A stretch of DNA of 64,000 nt from an uncultured Rivularia sp. (GTDB lineage Bacteria; Cyanobacteriota; Cyanobacteriia; Cyanobacteriales; Nostocaceae), in NCBI GenBank assembly GCA_963665115.1, contig OY762007.1, positions 4,736,001 through 4,800,000 on the forward strand. The letters run 5' to 3'. Made by a program: the position numbers and the translations under genes. The notes beneath the pieces were generated by a model. The model had not been told where the DNA came from. It made no database searches and was given only the letters and a program-made list of their open reading frames with translations. Positions 58,772 through 64,000 of the stretch are shown here, piece after piece (within the stretch, counting starts at the first letter, position 1; each line of letters starts with the position of its first letter).

Positions 58772-60844
58772 TCAACTCCCTCTCTTATAACTAGAAACTA
58801 CTTGCTCCAATAATTTCTCTTCACTTTGGGCAGGTGCTAGACATTTTAATCCTTGGCAAACTAAGCCGATGCTATTTTGAGGTAAATTGGATTGTTCGAC
58901 AAACATTGCAACAGGTAAAAATCCAGATATAAGCGAGTTTATCCGCTCTTTTTTGGTACGAATTAAAGTACAGTTTCTATACCAATCTAAAGCGATAAAT
59001 AAACTGGGACAAGCTTGAGTAGCGTTATTCATGACGTTGCGAAATGCTTTTAATCCCTGCTCTGCTAAATTCAAGTATTGAAGATTATCTGTAATCAAAG
59101 TTAGTCGTACCAAATTGGATAAAGCTATTCCGTTGGCAGAAGGTGTAGCACTATCAATATAATTGCGTTCTCTGACAATCAATTCTTGGCTGGCATCGCT
59201 TGCTGTATTAAAATAACCACGAAATTCGATACTCCATAAATATTCGTTGAATTCTTCTTGAAGGGACACTGCTTTTTCTAACCATAAAGAAGATTCGTTA
59301 TCAGTTTTCAAGGAAGCTTGATGTAAATCGAGCAAAGCTTTGATAAATAAAGCATAATCCTCCGATTGTGCCAATACACTCGGTTTACCTTCGTAGTTCA
59401 ATCTGTGAAATCTTCCATTAACAAATTGATTTTCTAAGATAAACTTAGTTGCTTGAATTGCTAGTTCGAGATATTCTGGCTGTGAAAATACTGCATAAGC
59501 TTTTGCCAAACCCGAAATCATTAAACTATTCCAAGCTACAATCATTTTGGTATCTGTAACTGGTGGAATACGACCTTGCCAATTATGAGATTTTGCTTCG
59601 GTGTTGTCGCGAGCGGGAGCAAAGGTTTTAATTTCGCTATTATTTTTACCGTAACGAGCAACAAATAATTTCTCTAAGATAGCTTCAACCGAATCGCTTA
59701 ATTTCTCGGAGTTAAGCTTTTGCAAAACATTTTGATTTTCAAAGTTACCGTTGGGGGTAACTGTAAAAGTTTGTTGCAGTTGGGTGAGTTCTTCTGAAGT
59801 TAACAGTTCTTCTAATTCACTGTAACTCCAAACGTAAAATGCACCTTCTTCGGGTTCAACATCCTCTTGGGTAATAAAACTATCGGCATCTTGAGCGGCA
59901 TAGAAATAACCATTGGGTGCTGTCATTTCTCTTTGCAGCCACTGTACGGTTTTGGCGATCGCACTTTTAAATTGTGGTTCTTCGATCCCCGCACTCCACA
60001 GGTTAGCCAAATACTCTACTATCTGACCGTTATCGTAGAGCATCTTTTCAAAATGAGGTACCGTCCAGGTAGGATCGACGGTATAGCGATGGAAACCACC
60101 GGCAACATGGTCAAAAATTCCGCCAAGTGCTAAATCCAAACCTCGCTGGGTACAAATTTGTTTGCCCTTCTTACTCGATTTGAAATCAAATCTGCTGCCT
60201 TGCAGTGCCATCTGTGCGTAAGGGATTGTAGGAAAACTATTGCCCTGCTGGTTGCGAGTGATGATTCCGGTAAAAGTTTCCCAACCTTTATTCAATAATT
60301 GATTATCTTCTGTTTCTGCGTTAGTTTCGGTTTGCAATACAGCAGATTCGAGCAGCGATTCTAAAATAACTGCTTTACGTTTTTGCAAATCTTGTTTTTC
60401 TGTATCGTAATAATGACGAATTGCTTGCAGTACCTGTAGAAAACCCGGACGGCCGTAATGTTCTTCTAAAGGGAAATAAGTTCCCGCATAGAATGGTACC
60501 AAGTCATCGGGAGAAAGAAACACATTTAAAGGCCAACCTCCTTGCCCGCTCATCATCTGCAAAGATTGCATATAAATGCTGTCAATATCAGGTCTTTCTT
60601 CCCTATCAACTTTAATCGGAATAAAATTGGCATTCATATATTCAGCTATTTCCAAATCTGAAAAAGCTTCCCCTTCCATCACCGTACACCAATGGCAACT
60701 TGAATAACCAATGGAGAGAAATATAGGTTTATTTTGCGACTTGGCAGTTTCGTGAGCATCCGAACACCAACTCCACCAATCAATTGGATTTTCGGCGTGT
60801 TTGCGGAGGTAAAGACTTTGAGATGAAGCGAGGCGATTAGTCAT
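58772..60844 (-). CDS. YyaL/SSP411-family thioredoxin-domain protein
   Basis: MTNRLASSQSLYLRKHAENP, SSCHWC, KVDREERPD, PHFEKMLYD; ATG at 60844. Confidence 0.9.
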   Translation of the reverse strand: MTNRLASSQSLYLRKHAENPIDWWSWCSDAHETAKSQNKPIFLSIGYSSCHWCTVMEGEAFSDLEIAEYMNANFIPIKVDREERPDIDSIYMQSLQMMSGQGGWPLNVFLSPDDLVPFYAGTYFPLEEHYGRPGFLQVLQAIRHYYDTEKQDLQKRKAVILESLLESAVLQTETNAETEDNQLLNKGWETFTGIITRNQQGNSFPTIPYAQMALQGSRFDFKSSKKGKQICTQRGLDLALGGIFDHVAGGFHRYTVDPTWTVPHFEKMLYDNGQIVEYLANLWSAGIEEPQFKSAIAKTVQWLQREMTAPNGYFYAAQDADSFITQEDVEPEEGAFYVWSYSELEELLTSEELTQLQQTFTVTPNGNFENQNVLQKLNSEKLSDSVEAILEKLFVARYGKNNSEIKTFAPARDNTEAKSHNWQGRIPPVTDTKMIVAWNSLMISGLAKAYAVFSQPEYLELAIQATKFILENQFVNGRFHRLNYEGKPSVLAQSEDYALFIKALLDLHQASLKTDNESSLWLEKAVSLQEEFNEYLWSIEFRGYFNTASDASQELIVRERNYIDSATPSANGIALSNLVRLTLITDNLQYLNLAEQGLKAFRNVMNNATQACPSLFIALDWYRNCTLIRTKKERINSLISGFLPVAMFVEQSNLPQNSIGLVCQGLKCLAPAQSEEKLLEQVVSSYKRGS

Positions 60845-61849
60845 AATTCCAAAAAGATGAGAAGCGTTCTTTTCACCTAGTTTATCGTTTAAATACGATC
60901 CCACACGCTTTTACAATCATTTCAATTCATTTGCAGTGGTAGTCGATTGCATAAATTCTGAAGGGTTCGTTTTTCCCGTAACCTTCGGGAGACTAGCTAC
61001 CAGGAAGATGTTCGGCTACCACTACAGAGATTGATTAAAACGACTATAAATACTATAAATTTAAAAAATGAACAAACCCATCTTTGCTTAAAAGCTGGGT
61101 TTGTCAGAAGAATAATTAAGTATAAAATAAGACTGTGATTTAGGACGATAAAATGTAGATGGATAAGTATGTATAACCGGAAAATTCGCTAAAATTAGTG
61201 AATTTTGCTGCAAAATATTCTGCTGTAATCGCACAACAAAAAGGTAAGCTATATTAGTGAAATTGTTTAAGAAATATACGGTGATATTAACCGTTATTAA
61301 GCAAAAAGCTAATTGTGCACAAGTTTTTTACTTATTTATATCTATGTTTCGATCGATACTAATTATGGCTACCTTACTACTAATTGTCAATACGGCTAAT
61401 CTATTTCAAAGAACGTACTAGTACGCTGACTATTGGTTCTGAGTATGTATCTATAGGAGATTTATTTTTTGAAATTAAAACTTGGTTGGTATGGTCGCTT
61501 AATCCAAATATTAAATTGAGTAACAAAGTTATAATTGTTGCTTGTACTAATCTTCTTAACATGACGTTTTCCTGTAGCTCTAAATTAATGGCATTTGAAG
61601 TTTAAATAGAATGGCGAATATGCCTCTCGTATTATTGTTTTACCTAGAATGATACTTTTATCCGGACACCCAACCACATAAATATAGCTTATGTTACATT
61701 GTTTACTATTCTTCCTAAGTTTTATCACTTAACTATTTTGCAAATAAATATATGCTTAAGAATCAATATTGTTGCAAACGTACTGTTGATGACAACAAAC
61801 CGCTTAGTAATCGATAAAATGTATGTAAACTAACTATGAACTAGGCTGC

Positions 61850-62455
61850 ATGATTCCTATCGTTATTGAGCAATCGGGTCGCGGCGAACGCGCCTTTGAT
61901 ATCTACTCGCGACTACTGCGCGATCGCATCATCTTCTTAGGACAACCTATCGATAGCAACGTAGCCAACTTAATAGTTGCCCAAATGTTGCTATTAGATG
62001 CTGAAGATGCGGAGAAAGATATTTATATGTATATCAATTCTCCTGGTGGTTCGGTAACTGCTGGCATGGGCATTTTTGATACCATGAGACATATCCGTCC
62101 GGATATTTGTACTATTTGCACCGGACTCGCTGCTAGTATGGGTGCTTTCTTGCTTACTGCTGGCACTAAAGGTAAGCGGATGAGTTTACCTCATTCTCGA
62201 ATTATGATTCACCAACCTTTAGGTGGGGCACAAGGGCAAGCAACCGATATCGAAATTCAAGCGAAAGAGATTCTCTATCACAAGCAACAGCTAAATAATT
62301 ATTTGGCTGAGAACACTGGTCAACCCATTGAACGCATTGCAGAAGATACTGAAAGAGATTTCTTCATGTCGCCCTCGGAAGCCAAAGATTATGGCTTAAT
62401 TGACCAAGTGATAGACCGTCACGCTGCGGGTAGCCGTCCTATGGCTGTCGTCTAA
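61850..62455 (+). CDS. clpP: ATP-dependent Clp protease proteolytic subunit
   Basis: DIYSRLL, YINSPGG, AASMG, MIHQP, TERD. Confidence 0.97.
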   Translation: MIPIVIEQSGRGERAFDIYSRLLRDRIIFLGQPIDSNVANLIVAQMLLLDAEDAEKDIYMYINSPGGSVTAGMGIFDTMRHIRPDICTICTGLAASMGAFLLTAGTKGKRMSLPHSRIMIHQPLGGAQGQATDIEIQAKEILYHKQQLNNYLAENTGQPIERIAEDTERDFFMSPSEAKDYGLIDQVIDRHAAGSRPMAVV

Positions 62456-62554
62456 TCAATATTTACGCTATCAACAGTTGATTTTTATATTGACTATCGA
62501 CGGCACGAATATTGACTTATAAAGACTTCATTTCACGAGTCATGGATTTCGCAA

Positions 62555-62583
62555 TGGAATTCCTCTTCTGAAGGGGAATTCCA
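62555..62583. terminator. Palindromic hairpin downstream of clpP
   Basis: tggaattcctcttc-t-gaaggggaattcca. Confidence 0.4.
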
Positions 62584-63171
62584 CTTGTTACTTATTCAAC
62601 AAGTTGCAATGGGGATTTTTGAACTTTATTTTTGATTATTTTTCCCAATATTCACTTGTTGTCAACTATTCCAGGTAGTATTTAACTATCAGTTTTACTT
62701 ATTATACCAGAATAATCAAGTAGTTTTATAACTTTTGTAACTATTTCTATCTGATAATAAGAATACCGAATCGAGGAAGTAGGGGTTTTTCCGATCTATC
62801 TGTATTCGTTTAGATTCTGGCTTCACATAACTCTAACCCAGAAAAAATACATTTTATCCAGGTCTTCCCTATTCTCGATTTTATCCTATACGACTATTTA
62901 GTTAGCAGTAGGAGCAAGGAAGATCCGTTAATTTCAAGACAAGCAGATAATTCAACCAATAGAGCTTCAGATGGATGGTATTTTCAATTTCAATTCGCTT
63001 AACTCTTGATTTTTTTGATCTAATTAGAGTTTCAAACTATAGATAGTAACTTGATTTTTCAATCTCGCTAGCACTTCTTCAAGCTCAAATGGTTTAGTTA
63101 AAGAATCAACAGCCCCTACTTGGAACAGTGAATTGCTCTAAGTTAATATTGCTTTCAAAGTAAGAAATATT

Positions 63172-63999
63172 TTATTCAGACTCGTAAGTATATTTAGCTC
63201 CTGTATATAGGGCTATTTTTTGTAAAAGAAGTTCTTCTTGAAACGGTTTAGGAATAAAATCATCGCAGCCAATCGCCAACATCAATTGTTTGTTTTCGTT
63301 AAATGCTGTTGCAGTTAAAGCAATAATTGGCGTGCTACTTTCAGTATTTATTTTTTCTTCTTTTTCTTGTTGCTTAATTATTTTGGTAGCTTGATATCCA
63401 TCCATAACTGGCATTCGCATATCCATCAGTATTAGTTGTGGATGGTATTTTTCCCATAAATCAATTGCTTCTTGACCATTACTAGCTTCTATTAACTTAA
63501 ATCCAATGGGAGAAAGAATTTGTATTAATAATTGACGATTATCCCAATTATCTTCAACTAAAAGAATACAAAATTCTGTTTGATTAGCAACTAAACCAGT
63601 TACACGCCCTTTTGGTAAAGATTGATTTACTTGCTGATGGTTTGCGGAACCAGAAAGAATATCAAATTTAACTATAGTTCCTTGTTGTAAAGTACTTTCA
63701 ATATTGATATTACCACCCATTAATCGCACAAAACGCTTGCAAATTGCCAAACCCAAACCCGTTCCATCTTCAACTTGATAAGTCGGATTGCTTTGCACAA
63801 ATGCATCAAAGATATTGTTTAATTCTTCCGGTGCGATACCTCTTCCGGTATCTGTAATTTGGAATTGCAAACTTAGCGTAGAAGGGGAGGAAGAATTTTC
63901 TGTATTTTCTGCTCCATTTATCTCGTTTTCAAAAATGCCTACTCGTAACTCGACGCTACCAGAATCGGTAAACTTGATGGCGTTTCCTACTATGTTAAT
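63172..63999 (-). CDS. Hybrid histidine kinase, C-terminal HATPase + receiver (5' end cut by window edge)
   Basis: INIVGNAIKFTD at the window edge, DTGRG, GTGLGL, LLVEDN, LMDMRMP, FIPKPF. Confidence 0.9.
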   Translation of the reverse strand: MNIVGNAIKFTDSGSVELRVGIFENEINGAENTENSSSPSTLSLQFQITDTGRGIAPEELNNIFDAFVQSNPTYQVEDGTGLGLAICKRFVRLMGGNINIESTLQQGTIVKFDILSGSANHQQVNQSLPKGRVTGLVANQTEFCILLVEDNWDNRQLLIQILSPIGFKLIEASNGQEAIDLWEKYHPQLILMDMRMPVMDGYQATKIIKQQEKEEKINTESSTPIIALTATAFNENKQLMLAIGCDDFIPKPFQEELLLQKIALYTGAKYTYESE

Positions 64000-64000
64000 T

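Noticed and set aside
464..61605. Numerous 60-135 aa ORFs antisense to or nested in clear genes, plus 28466-28669, 33485-33787 and 61384-61605
   Set aside because: Shadow frames or low-complexity AT-rich ORFs with no motifs or ribosome-binding support.
1..64000. tRNA, rRNA, tmRNA, SRP RNA or known riboswitches
   Set aside because: No recognisable conserved motifs by eye; covariance-model scans were not run.

Overview
AT-rich chromosomal window from a filamentous cyanobacterium (Nostocales-like): frequent HIP1 GCGATCGC octamers, heptamer STRR repeats, GTAG-type REP hairpins, and nblB, crtD and PEP-CTERM genes. From left to right it holds a tandem AAA_35-type NTPase pair (the second ending in a GUN4-like domain), a MITE-interrupted transposase remnant, a ParDE-type toxin-antitoxin pair, housekeeping genes, a type I-D CRISPR locus, a two-component cluster, a Wzy-dependent polysaccharide cluster, ilvN, a YyaL-like gene, clpP and a partial hybrid kinase. 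The main observation is the I-D locus (20128-28455). It keeps a WYL regulator, cas6, cas4, cas1, cas2, the leader and a 19-repeat/18-spacer array, but has no cas3, cas10d, cas7 (csc2) or cas5 (csc1). Their usual position holds three non-cas genes: a J-domain protein, a divergent CCA/poly(A)-polymerase-like nucleotidyltransferase, and a PLD-like + ParB/Srx-like protein. The WYL gene has an atypical N-terminal domain, and the divergent promoter carries repeated AGTTTAGGGTA boxes. This is a candidate undescribed CRISPR-embedded nucleotide-modifying or defence cassette; its function is inferred, not shown. Other notable items: a GUN4 3' end readable in all three frames, two spacers that look non-phage, a probable 5' fragment of a group II intron, and five frameshifts at G/C homopolymers that are probably sequencing errors. 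Family assignments come from motifs recognised by eye; no database searches were run.
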